A stretch of DNA of 64,000 nucleotides from Takakia lepidozioides (Eukaryota > Plantae > Bryophyta), in the NCBI GenBank assembly GCA_030704615.1, contig CM060734.1, positions 45,074,001-45,138,000 of the forward strand, given 5' to 3'. The stretch's first letter is position 1. Every line of letters begins with the position of its first letter. Position numbers and translations under genes: made by a program. Of this stretch, positions 1 through 11,177 are shown piece after piece. Below the pieces are notes generated by a model. It searched no databases. It had not been told where the DNA came from and saw nothing but the letters and a program-made list of their open reading frames with translations.

Positions 1-825
1 AGCCAGCCCTAACTTTGAATCTCTTTCGGAACAAGCTTGTATTTTGAACCCTCTTGAGAGGTTGGGTTGGTTGAGGTTGACAACACATCAAGTGGAGAAA
101 CCAGGCTGCTCAAGGAGAGGCTTGCCTCACAGCTGGCCCCAAATGTTGTGCCTGGGAGGTCCCCAACGATGCCCAACTGACTAACTGACCTGGCAGCCAG
201 CACATAAACTCACCTAAGAATGCCTTTGCAGGAGGACGTTCAGTTGAACTTCAGATTCAGGTGAGAATTCCTTCCAAATTGGTATTAAGAATGTGAGAGG
301 TTGTTGGCAGTTTGCCTAGAACTTCTGGTGTTTATTGGTATTATTGGTATATTTTATTCGTGCAGTGCACTGACAAAGGTGAAGAGAAATACCACAGACC
401 CATATTGCATGCTGACAGTGGTTGACATTGTCTAACGAGCAGATGGCAACAGCATGCTATATGGCGTATCAATGGTGAAATGGAAAAACCTCTTACACTG
501 AGACAAAAGGAAATATCAGGGGTAGGATGAAATGTATTTAGCTTGACAAAACTCAGCTGCAGCCTATAGGGATTTTAAAGTATTTCGAAGGGGGTCAGCA
601 ACAGCTGTGAAATCATCCTAATTGGTATTACTCAACAAGTACCTTTTATGTACTCAAAATCACCACCCTTCAGAAAAAAAAAAATGAACCACCTTATCAC
701 ATGGGTGACCCAGTGATTTGCCAACCGACACGATCCTTGCATGAAATTACCACAAGAAAACATTTTACATTGAACTCAGCAACAGACTACATGAAGATCT
801 TTATGGAGAAGTGAGACAACCTTAC

Positions 826-2724
826 CTTCTTGTCATGCAGGTGGAATTGGCGCAGATGACCTTTGTAGCAAAGTTCGTATATCCACCACCCCTCATACTG
901 CCAAATTCAATCAATCAGCGACAGATGTACTGTACTACTTCGACCCTTCCTAAAAGCTAGAATAAAAGAAAGTGAAAGCATGGCAAGCCGAAAGTCAGCC
1001 GCTGTTTGCTTGTCATGGAAGGTGTGTAAAACTGAGCAGCAAAGCTCTGAGCACATTCCAAATGCCCATTGCTTGCCATTGTTCCTTCTTTATTTGGGAG
1101 ATGTAACCCTGCACCCATCCCTGCTGGGTGTGATGGACCCTTGTTGCTCATGCAGGCTCTTGTCGACTCCTACGAGGTGAAAATGTCAACATTGTGGCTG
1201 CAGTCCCAGGGCTGAATTAGGAGGCCAAGAACAGCGAAATGGAAACATCAGATAAGGAGGAAAAGCTTTTCAGCTAAGGAGGAAATGGGAACAGAGGTGA
1301 GACCCACCCGACGAAAACACTTGTCCTTCAGGGCATCAAGCAGGTCTTCAGGTGCCTTGCGGATGGAGCGCTCATCAGCCACCATGCCAATGCTGCTGCC
1401 ATTCAACTGACCCTCCTCCTTTTTCAAACCTTGAGTGGTTTGGAGCGGGGGTAAATTACAACAGAACTTCCTCCCATCTCTATCAGTCATCAGCATTGTT
1501 TCCTGGTCTGGTGCCTGTGTAGCCACCAACTTCAGCATTATGACCAACTCTCAAGTGATGGGAAAGTGCCTGTGCATTCAGCTAGGATTCAGAAGTCTAA
1601 ATAGAATCTCTCTAGATATCTTACTTTGTGCTAGGTCGATTTGAATAGGCTAAGCCCTAAATCCTCGTTGATCCTCCTTATCATGATCGAATGTGCACCT
1701 GTCAGGCACCTTGCCCATCCATTGACCCACTGGTGTATGAATATTTGGATTTGCTTGTCCGTATTTGATATTTCAGTTTCTGACAGAGCATCAGCCCAAA
1801 GTCTGGCGGAACATTGTAAGATCCATCAAGCATGGAGCAGATTAAGAGGTTGGAAGGCATGAAAGAAAAACTTACAGGAGGAATAGGTGATTCCATTGGG
1901 TGGAACTCGATTTTGTACTTTGGGTCTTGCACAGTCTGGACACTGTCTGCTGCTGCAATGCACTCAAAAGGCCCTTGTCAACAGCTAGTGCCTACGGGCA
2001 TGCACATCCAACTTGAAAGCAAAACCCATATCCTGACAGGATGGCTAGGATGGCACTCATTTTTATGTTTCCCACATTTCAACAACATACATGAGGAACG
2101 TTTTACTGAGTTCACAGGTGTGAAAGGGCGATGCAGTGAGGATGTCCTCCAAGCCCCAGCTTTCCTAAGACCACGAAACTACTATTCCTGTACTAGTCTG
2201 ATCGTTACGATGGGATACGCGCATAGAGGACCTATTAGGGGATGGATCCCAGATACACTTGAATTCAAATTAGGCCACTTTCTGAGTCCTTTGACTGGCC
2301 AGAATCAGCTTCATTTGGGCGCTAATTGTTTGTAACAAAAATTCAAGCTGATCTAACTCAAGGACCTGTGAAGCCTCACCCGAAAACGTCACTTGGAAAA
2401 TATAAATCCAGACGTCAACCTACTAGATTCAAGAAAGAAATCCCAAAACCTAAAACTGCTGAAAGTAGAGTTGAAACAGAAAATCCTTTATCCTCTTCCA
2501 TCCGAGAGGATCCGGCGCCAAGAACCACCACAAAATCATGCATCTGAGTGTTAGCAAGAATCCCAATTTGAAAGTAGAACCAGGATGACCAATCTGCGTG
2601 CCCAAGATGAGAGAACAGTACCGGGTTGAGTCGGGCGGATGCGGTCGGCGACTGCGCAATCAAACCCAAGAAGTAGGGGAAAAAAACATAGCGCAGCCAC
2701 CTCCAGCATACAATTCCTGGTCAT
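826..2724 (-). CDS. OS9: OS-9/EBS6-like ER lectin (MRH domain, ERAD), 5' portion only. Exons 2724-2622, 1952-1876, 1514-1308, 897-826; the gene continues beyond position 1
   Basis: GT-AG exons splice in frame: signal peptide MTRNCMLEVAALCFFPLLLGFDCAVA, then DPKYKIEFHPMESP, ETMLMTDRDGRKFCCNLP...PEDLLDALKDKCFRR, and YEGWWIYELCYKGHLRQFH. These match plant OS9 motifs (EPKYSIEF, TPDELL..L..KC, EGWWSYEFC). Confidence 0.9.
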
Positions 2725-3137
2725 GATTCCTCCAAGATCGACACAATCGCTGTGGGAGAATCGGTAAGAGCCTCCCTTCCTGACCTCCCTGAAGCTCAAG
2801 TTCACATTTCACACTGCCCAAAATTCGAGGTCCGTCCGTCAGTCCTTCCTTCCGTTCGGCCGGACGCTGTCCCACGAACTCTCAAAAGTGTGTGGCTAAA
2901 AGCAGGTTAAGCCATACTTCTCTAGAGAGTGTATGGCAAATTATAGAAAATACACTACATATATATTGTAGAGATACCATACGTGTTTCGTTTTTTTTTT
3001 ACTTTTCGATTTTGTAGTAGGTTTTAACTATGGTTGGGTTTAAGAATATGGTGCCATACTAACCGTTTGAAAATATAATGAAAAATGACACAAAAATTAA
3101 AATGGTGGACAGATTGCTATGCATTCTTGCATTTTGA

Positions 3138-3790
3138 CTAGGGTAGCCTGTGCGGTTGACCCAAGTGTCCAGTGTCATCTAAGTCCAAGTGCAAGCCCCT
3201 ATGCATCTGATTGAATCTCCCATGTTGAGGTCCATTTGTGAAAAATTGAAATCGATACACTAAAATGAAGTTGGATGTTTGTTTAGCTACAAAGAATGTC
3301 ACGTTGTACATGAATGAACTAATGTTTAAAGAATAATGTAAATATGACAAAATGAGCAACAATATAATGTGATTCCTATATTGGAATTTGGTGAAAGAGT
3401 TAGAAGTTTATATTAATACTTCTGTATATACAATATTCATTGTTTTTTGTATATTTTATGGGGGAGAAGTGTCTTCAACGAATTTGCTGATGTGATCCGA
3501 GAATGCCACATACAATGGACCATGAGAGAATACGAGTGTTTGGAGATCTAGACCTACATGTTTTACAGATTGTCCCTATGATTGTTGATTGTCATAGCAA
3601 GAGCCATCTTCACAAGAAATTGTCTTCCAGCGAATTTAAAAGGTATTTCTGATGTAGTAGGTTGTAATGTGATTCTGGGATGAATGAAAAAACCAATTTA
3701 TATTTTTCATGAATTTATCAAGTAGTAAGATATCCAATCATTCTTCCAGGAAAGCCCACTTTGCTAAGTTTTGTGAATTTCCAGCAACCA
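3138..3790 (-). mobile_element. Helitron 3' remnant (decayed RepHel Pif1-helicase C-terminus plus CTAG terminus)
   Basis: Minus-strand translation with frameshifts gives IPFKFAGRQFLVKMALAMTIN..GQSVKHVGLDLQTLVFSHGPLYVAFS..NIVYTEVL*. The element ends in a degenerate GC hairpin followed by CTAG|T at 3141-3137. Confidence 0.85.
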
Positions 3791-3794
3791 AAAA

Positions 3795-4196
3795 TACTTG
3801 AAATTCGATATCTCACACACCGCAAGTCCAAAAATCATGAGACCAAGCCGTGCACCCCTCCTCATCGAGGGCTTTCCAATGGTACCAAGCACCAAAGTTA
3901 GGGCCCCGCAGTTTAGGAGATCTCAACGCTACAAAACAAAACAAAAACAAAACAAACAAACTAACTTGCTTCATAATAATGAAGTATCAATATAATATTT
4001 TGTTATGATGAACTCACTATATCAATATATGAAGCGAGGCAGTGTGTTTTGTTTTGTTTTGTTTTATAGCATCGTTGAGATGTCCCAAACCGCGGGCCCA
4101 ACCCTGATGCTTGGTGCCGTTGGAAAGCCCTCGATGAGGAGAGGTGCACGAGCTTTGTCTCATAATTTTTGGACATGCGGTGTGGGAAATGTGAAT
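3795..4196. repeat. Inverted pair of ~180-bp dispersed repeat units (GAAAGCCCTCGATGAG family)
   Basis: 3795-3985 is the reverse complement of ~4020-4196. A related copy lies at ~50400-50510. Confidence 0.75.
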
Positions 4197-6744
4197 TGTC
4201 TTCCAAGTCTTAATTATTTTCTAAATCTCCTATAGGCCTAAACCCACGAGGTACTTATAGCCGGGATCCTCTTGTGGTCCCTTCACAAAGTGCTACCGAG
4301 TTTAGGGAGGAAGAGGGGATACCTCTTCCCACTGCCCCTCTAATTCTTGGGTGCTTAGGATCCAGACAACCCTCACAAAGGGCTAAAAACCGCTTTAAAA
4401 CTCAATTTCCAGTTGAAAGGGGGGTTAGAAACTCCCAAATTCCAATGGCTATTTACTCCGGGATTAAACAATTACAGAAGAACAAATAAAAATAATTAAA
4501 AAAACAAGAAAATTCCTATGGGGGGAGAATCTCCAAAGGATCCCATGGATACCAAAATTACCTCCAGGGGTCAGGCAACACCCTGGGAATGCGCTCCTAA
4601 CCCAGAATGGTGGGGAAATGTTCTCCTCAATGGGAGCGCCCCAAATTCTTGTTCACAACCTTCCATAAATGTTAGTGCGTTGACCAAGGGGTCAATGCTT
4701 CATTGGATGAATGAAATAGCAGCTCTAATGGCCCGGGGCCAGCATGGGCTTGCCTAGCCATTGGGCAGACAGCTATGGCAAAAAACAAAACAAACTAAAA
4801 CCAAAAAAGAAATAACAAACCATATCTAAACTTTCATATCTCACACATGGTCCCAAATTCAGTGAGTTGGACATGTTTGCAACAACACATGATTAGGCTG
4901 TTTTACAAAGGATTGCGATGGTCTATCCTCCTCCTGTCTATCCAGTAGAAATACAGTAATAAAGTAGCTTGACAAAAAAAAAATACAGTGATGAAATATC
5001 ACAAAGTATGACTTGGTTGATTTGCAGGGCGACGGACGATTGGGACAGTTTCAACGAAGTGTGAAAACGTCGTCGAAGCCAGTTTGAAGAAGGAGATGTC
5101 TCCCGCAGGGTCAAAGACCTGGAGAAGCACCACCAAGTTTGATACACAGAAGTTGTAGTCTTATGAAGCGACGGGTCGCAAAGAGTACGTCGACAACATG
5201 AGTTATAAGGCTTTGATTAGCTTGAGTGTTTACTGGGACGTGAAGCAAGGAGCACTCGATTTTAAAAGGTTTATTCATTATCTGATTGGCCGGAGCAGCC
5301 AAGGGAAATTGAAGGATGAGTGGAGGACCTCATCCATCTAGTGCAAATGACAACGTCAACAATCATTCATCCTGTTGGATGAAAATCTGTCCAACCTGGG
5401 CCCAATAAACTGGATTAAAATGTAAAAATGAACTTTTCAAACAATTGGGACAGACGATCACGACCACCGATCAAATGGGACCCTCATGAATAAGCCCAAT
5501 AGAATTGACTAAACTAGTATTATTACTCTTTATTTTAATGAGTATTTTCCATTATTTTATTAGGGCAAAAGTAGTATATAAGAAGAACAATGCCGCCTTG
5601 TTTCCTTATCTAGTTGCGCATCTAGTTTTGCTAGTGTCTTGCTTCCTCTTAGTTTTAGTCTTAGTTTCCTTGATGAGCCTAGGTCCTATGAAGGTTGAAT
5701 TAGAGCATTTGTTTTTGTGGGAGGTAGAGGTGGCTTCTAGCCCCACACCTTGTAGGCCATGGAGTCATTTGATGAATTATGAGCAAGCAGCTCGGGATTG
5801 TTGGAGTGAAGGCCATGTGTGAGATATGAAAGTTTAGATCTGGTTTGTTATGTTGTTTTGTGGAGATCACTAAGAGGCCAGAAGAGCCATGTGTTTAGAT
5901 ATGGTTTGTTATTTCTTTTCTAGTTTTAGGTTGTTTTGTTTTTGGCCAATATAGTTACCAGCCCCCGTGGCTAGGCAGGCCATGCTTCACTTGGGGTTAA
6001 GAGGTTGAAGCTGACCGATTTTAACACCAACATGCCTATAGGATACATTAGTTTATGGTAGAGGAAGATTCTAAGGTTAGGAAAGCCTTGGGACCACTCA
6101 TTTGGTTTAAATGTTGTTTTTGTTGCATGAATGGTTGCTCGTTGAGCCATTAGAGCTACTATTTTGGGCTTCTACCCTTTTTGGGCTCTGTTTAGGCCAC
6201 TCCACATAGTCTATCTTACTACTCGGAGGCATGTATATATCCAAGGAAGCATTGACCTCTTAGTCAATGCACTAACATTTGTGGGAGGTTGTGAACAAGA
6301 ATTTGGGGTGCTCCCATTGAGGAGAGCGGTTCCCCATCATTCCCGATTTAGAAGTGCGTTCCCAGGGTGTTCCCTTGACCCTTTGGAGGTAATTTTGGCA
6401 TCCATGGGATCATTTGGAGATTTTTCACCCATAGGAATTTTCTTGTTTTTCTCTCTTTTAATTATTTTTATTTGATTTTCTGCAATTGTTTAATCCATGG
6501 AATTTGGGAGTTTCTAACCCCCCTTTAAACTGGAAATTGAGTTTTAAAGGGTTTTTAGCCCTTCGTGAGGGTTGTCTTGATCCTAAGCACCCAGGAATTA
6601 GAGGGGCAGTGGGAAGAGGTATCCCCTCTTCTTCCCTAAACTCAGTAGCGCTTTGTGAAGGGACCACAAGAGGATCCCGGCTGTAAGCACCTTGTGGGTT
6701 TAGGCATGTAGGAGATTTAAAAAACAAGTAAGACTTGGAAGACA
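4197..6744. repeat. Long inverted repeat (4197-~4852 vs ~5810-6744): two opposed LTR-like copies or a foldback element
   Basis: Starts TGTCTTCCAAGTCT and ends AGACTTGGAAGACA. Near-identical peptides appear on opposite strands (VVPSQSATEFREEEGIPLPTAPLI). Homology runs >600 bp with indels. No TSD found. Confidence 0.8.
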
Positions 6745-7059
6745 ATCAATGTATAAAAAACCGTAAACAGACCGTAGGACGTAGGAACGCAACCTTGTAC
6801 TGTGAAGAAAATTGAACTCTTCTTTGCCGGTAGAATTAGAATTTTGTTCACTGATTCCGCCTCTAACACGCCAAGGATCCCCTGCACTAACTGCAGTCGG
6901 ATGGGCGGTTCTTCGAGCCCAACCCATTCCGCTACACACCTCGACCTCTCCTAGCTAGTACGTCGTCGCCATGCCCGCACGCGTCTAGGGCTCGGCAACT
7001 ACACATCTTTGAAAAATAATAAGTCAATGTATACCACTCTGTTTTCTATTTTGTTTTTG

Positions 7060-7929
7060 AGCAAGATCTTACAATATTATCTTAACTCTGTCTCTTCATG
7101 GAGTTAAATGCTAGCACTAATGATAATTAGGTGGGATCATTTTTGGCAGTTTCTTAATATGCTCACCTTTCTTACTCTATCACGGTGCTCTTAGTTGCTC
7201 TTAGTTGCAGATCGTGTTACTATTTTTAAAATAAATTAGCACCCGCGGCCTAGCGTTATGGCCAGAACTAGCACATATGGCTTCCACGACTGTTGTGCCC
7301 TTGTATTGCTTTTCATGGTAACGAGATGGTAACTTTCGATTTGGTGGGTGTAAGTCGTCTGAATGGCGGTCATCAACGACATCATTTTTCGAGGGTAAAA
7401 AATAAGATGATTTATTTTATTTTCTTAAAACTTATTCTGAGGGGTAGGAGCCGTCTTGAATTGTGGACGTATTTTTAGAGGGCTATCCCACATAAGGGAA
7501 AGAAATGAATAAATAAATAAAATAAAAATATTTGTTTGATTTTTTCTCTTTTACTTTTCCTTTTTTTATTTTTGCAGGAGCCGTCTTGAATTGCGGTCGT
7601 CAACCAACCGCATTGTTGGAGGGCTATCCCATCCCACCCCAAAAATAAAATAAAATAAAATAAAAAATAAAAATCCATTTTTTAAAAATTTGGGGTAGAG
7701 CCGTCCTGCGATCGTCAACGATCGCATTTTTGGAGGCTATCAAACCCACATAAAATTTATATATATATATTCTTTTTTTCAGCAAGATCTTACAATATTA
7801 TCTGAACTCTACCTCTTCATGGAGTTGGTGACTAGAAATGCTAGCCAAATGATAACTAGGTGGAATCATTTTTGGCAGTTTCTTAATATGCTCACCTTCT
7901 TTACTCTATCACGGTGCTCTTAGTTGCAA
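7060..7929. repeat. ~150-bp direct duplication (7060-7210, 7781-7929) enclosing 3-4 degenerate GAGCCGTCTTGAATTGCGG subrepeats
   Basis: Direct sequence comparison (AGCAAGATCTTACAATATTATC...CACGGTGCTCTTAGTTGC). Confidence 0.75.
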
Positions 7930-8001
7930 ATATCATTTTGTTTGGTCACATGGATGAAAGTATTTTGGTCGACCTTTTGAGCTACAAGTGCTCAGTTAAT
8001 C

Positions 8002-8700
8002 CTATAAAGTCCTTATAGACGCCCTACAGACTGGGCAAACAGCATTATCCAAAAGCCATATGTTGATACAGTGCTGGTGAAACACGTGTATGCAGTAGGG
8101 GAGTAGATGAATACGCTCACCGGCCAATGGAACCTCGAGACAAATGGTACAGATCTCCTCAAAAATAGGAGTCTTTGGGACTACACTATCCGGAAGATAC
8201 CTCAAGATTTCTTCAATTGATGCTCCCCAACTACTCGTTCTGTTTGTGAAAGAGAAGGGTGTTGGGAGTCCGCATTACCTCCTCTTCAATCCCTATTGGA
8301 AGTGGGATTGGCGATGGTTGAAGTTGGGGGCTCCGGTTTGCTTACAGAGGTTTCACTCCAAGTGTCTGGCCTTGACATGGAGGGGCGGAGGCAGTGAAAT
8401 GGGGCACACAGAATGTTGCAAAGCCGACAACTGGTGTGCATATTTCAAGCCCTGGAAAAAGGTAAAGAAGTCCATGAAGACTGATCAAAGGTAGAATTGT
8501 ATCAGATGTCATTTTGAGCATTAATACCTTGGTGGACATGTATGCGAAGGCCGGATGTAGCTCTGCCATGGACAACACACCATCACCATTTGTGTCGAGC
8601 AATTTGAATTATGGGATGAATTTGGTATCGTTTCCTTAAACTCCCTGCGACGAGATGAATTCACGGTCAGATGGTGGGGTCAGTTGCAATACATGTCCAC
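8002..8700 (-). pseudogene. Disrupted EF-hand plus RING-H2 (ATL-like) coding sequence
   Basis: EF-hand loop DTNGDGVLSMAE (ORF 8342-8602) and RING-H2 CTIC..CIHVFHQHC..W....CPVC (ORF 8002-8205) preceded by GASIEEILRYLP. The two are separated by stops/frameshifts, and an LTR is inserted at the 5' side. Confidence 0.7.
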
Positions 8701-9219
8701 CCCCATCTCTCTCAAGTTAATCGACTCTATATTGTCAAGTTATTTTATCACTAGTGTGAAACTAGCTAGGAAATAGCTAGCTTTTACATATTGACATTTG
8801 GGATTGGCCCAAGTGTCAATCCAGGGGTCAAGGCAGATTTAGGCCCTGGAGTGGTTATCTTCACGGCAAGCGCGAGAGGCTCATCTTTCTCGAGTTGAGC
8901 CTCACCGCGCCTAGCTATGGCGCCGTAGTGTGGATTCCCCATGGCGTGGGGTGCACTCGGCTTGACTTGTATTTGAGTGATGAGGTTATATATGCATGAG
9001 TTTATGCTTCAGCTTTGTGAGCTCGCATGAGCTTGTGCTTGTATTCTTCCTCTTTTATCATTGTGTGGACTAGTGACTGCCATAGTGGGCAGTATAGTGG
9101 CAGCCTATTGACTGACTAGTTGTAGCCTAGTGGTTGGACTAGTGGTTGGACTAGTGGTGGACTAGTGTGTTGTGTGCACATGTGTTGTGTGGTTTTGGAC
9201 AGCGATGTAGTTGTGTAGC

Positions 9220-9946
9220 TGTCGCGGCCCTTTGCCTTGAGGGCAGGGGGTCGGGACACATGAGGGGCTGCCCCTATGATGGGGGCAGCGGCAGCGATAG
9301 GTATGGGGGGCTGAAGCACCCTTGAGTGCCCAAGGCACTCAAGGAGGCGGAGGCGCTCACTAGGTGGAGCCCCGTACACCGGGTTGCGGTGGGGGTGGCT
9401 CCACAAGGGGTGGTGGTAGCTTAGTGGGACTTAGTGGGGGTGGCATAGGACTCACCATGGGGGCGGAGACCTCCTGGTGGGAGTCGTGGGGAGTCTTGGG
9501 ACTCATCACGGTCCATAGGGGCCGTGGTGAGTGGGCCAAGACTCACCGCGACTCACCACCGGGAGTCGAGGGTTTTCGTGGTGGTTCGCCATAAAATGGC
9601 ATGGCTGGTTGTGAAACCCCCGCAGACAGCTACAGAAGTATATATAAGGGGAGTAATGACCCCGAGAACGGTGCAAGCCCGTTGGTGACCAAAAACTAGT
9701 GAGTAAGCGAGCGAGCCGGAAAGCGACCAAAGAGTGGGGAGCTGTTCGGACTGCCATCTACCAAAGGGAATTCCACTAGGCCCAAATAGGTGGAGGGTTT
9801 AGTGGGAGAGCGAAGGGGGACCGTTATGTCCCGGTGAGCAGCCGAAGCTCCAAGTTGGTCCGGCGGCCAGGTTGGGAGTCAGGCGCGCGCATCAAAGCGA
9901 GTAACTATGATTTGAAGGGGAGCTTACCGAAGTGAGGTGCGCGACA
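9220..9946 (+). repeat. 5' LTR (727 bp)
   Basis: TGTCGCGG...GCGACA with a TATA-like TATATAA near 9640. By eye about 12 substitutions (mostly transitions) and 3 indel bases versus the 3' LTR. Confidence 0.97.
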
Positions 9947-9948
9947 CT

Positions 9949-9960
9949 TGGTATCAGAGC
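9949..9960 (+). promoter_or_regulatory. Primer-binding site complementary to initiator tRNA-Met
   Basis: TGGTATCAGAGC, 2 nt after the 5' LTR. Confidence 0.95.
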
Positions 9961-10001
9961 TTAGAGTTCAGTACGCGATCGTCCTTGGGATTGGCCTCAT
10001 C

Positions 10002-11177
10002 ATGGGGTCGGGCAAGCCAAAGCGAAAGCGAAACGGCCCAAAAGATGATGATCCTGGTGAGCCCGACGGGGGCGACGTGTCACCGCGGCCGTTTGAGGAA
10101 GCGACGCTGGTTTCTGAAAACGAGGCCGCTCAAGAGCGGGAGGAATCCGAGGAGTCGGAGCCCGAGGAATCCCTAAGAGCTCCGACAGACCAACAGATGC
10201 CTCCCATGCCGGCAGCTTTTTGGGAAGGGTTGTTGGCGCAGTTTGGCGGGACGTTGAAAGACGTGTTGAAGGCGGCTAATGCCACTTACACTAAGGCAAA
10301 GTTCAAGGTGAAGCCTAAGGAACCCGACACCTTCGAGGGCGTCCGAAATCGGAAGGCACTCAACACCTGGCTCTTGGAGCTAGAACAGTACTTCCGGGCG
10401 GCTAAGTTGAGTGACGAGGATCGGGTGGAAGTGGCTCCCACCTATTTGAGGGGCTATGCTCAACAATGGTGGCAGAAACGTCTTCACGACTGAGGTCCAA
10501 GCCCGGAAACCTTGAACTGGAGTGGGTTCAAGGAATTGATGAAGAGACAGTTTGTGCCTCTCAACGCGTCCTGGCTTGCCCGGGACAAGATGAGGAATTT
10601 GAAGCAAACAGACGACATTCGGGGATATGTCCAGGCTTTCAATGTGCTTTTGCTCGAAGTCGCGGACATGGCAGAACCGGAAATGGTCTTCAACTTTGTG
10701 GTGGGACTGGCCCCATGGGCTAGGCGGAAGTTGGAGGAGAAGCCACCTAAGACTTTGAACGAGGCAATTGAGAGGGCTGAATGTTTCTCAGATGTCCCTA
10801 GGGGTGAAAGACAAGGCCGTACGGAGCTTAACCACAAGAAGACCCGGCGGGAAGGTGACTCCTTCCAACCGGAAAAGAAGTGGGATAGGCCACGCGGCGA
10901 CAATGGCACGTGGAAATCAAAGGGAGGGCCTTCACACGTCAAGGCGGCACCCGGTGCTTCGAAAGGAAAAGCGGGTGGAGCGGCTTATGGCGGACAGAAG
11001 GCGACCTTTGATGGAGTGTGTTTCAATTGCGAAGAGCCCGGGCACATGGCCAAGAAGTGCACGAAACCCCGACAATTGAACATGACTCGGGCAACCACGG
11101 AGCTGTCGGAAGATACCATCAGTCGCTTGGTGGAAGCGGTGGTCGCCAGGACTTGCAAGGTAGGCAAATATTCTTGA
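10002..11177 (+). pseudogene. gag: gag with CCHC knuckle and one in-frame premature TGA (10491-10493)
   Basis: ORFs 9948-10493 and 10512-11177 are in the same frame. Motifs PDTFEG..WL..LEQYF and CFNCEEPGHMAKKC. Confidence 0.9.

Noticed and set aside
9-203. 64-aa minus-strand ORF as a further OS9 exon
   Set aside because: It lacks the expected downstream OS9 motifs (QEF.LG, YH...Y.NGT.CDLT) and is probably intronic.
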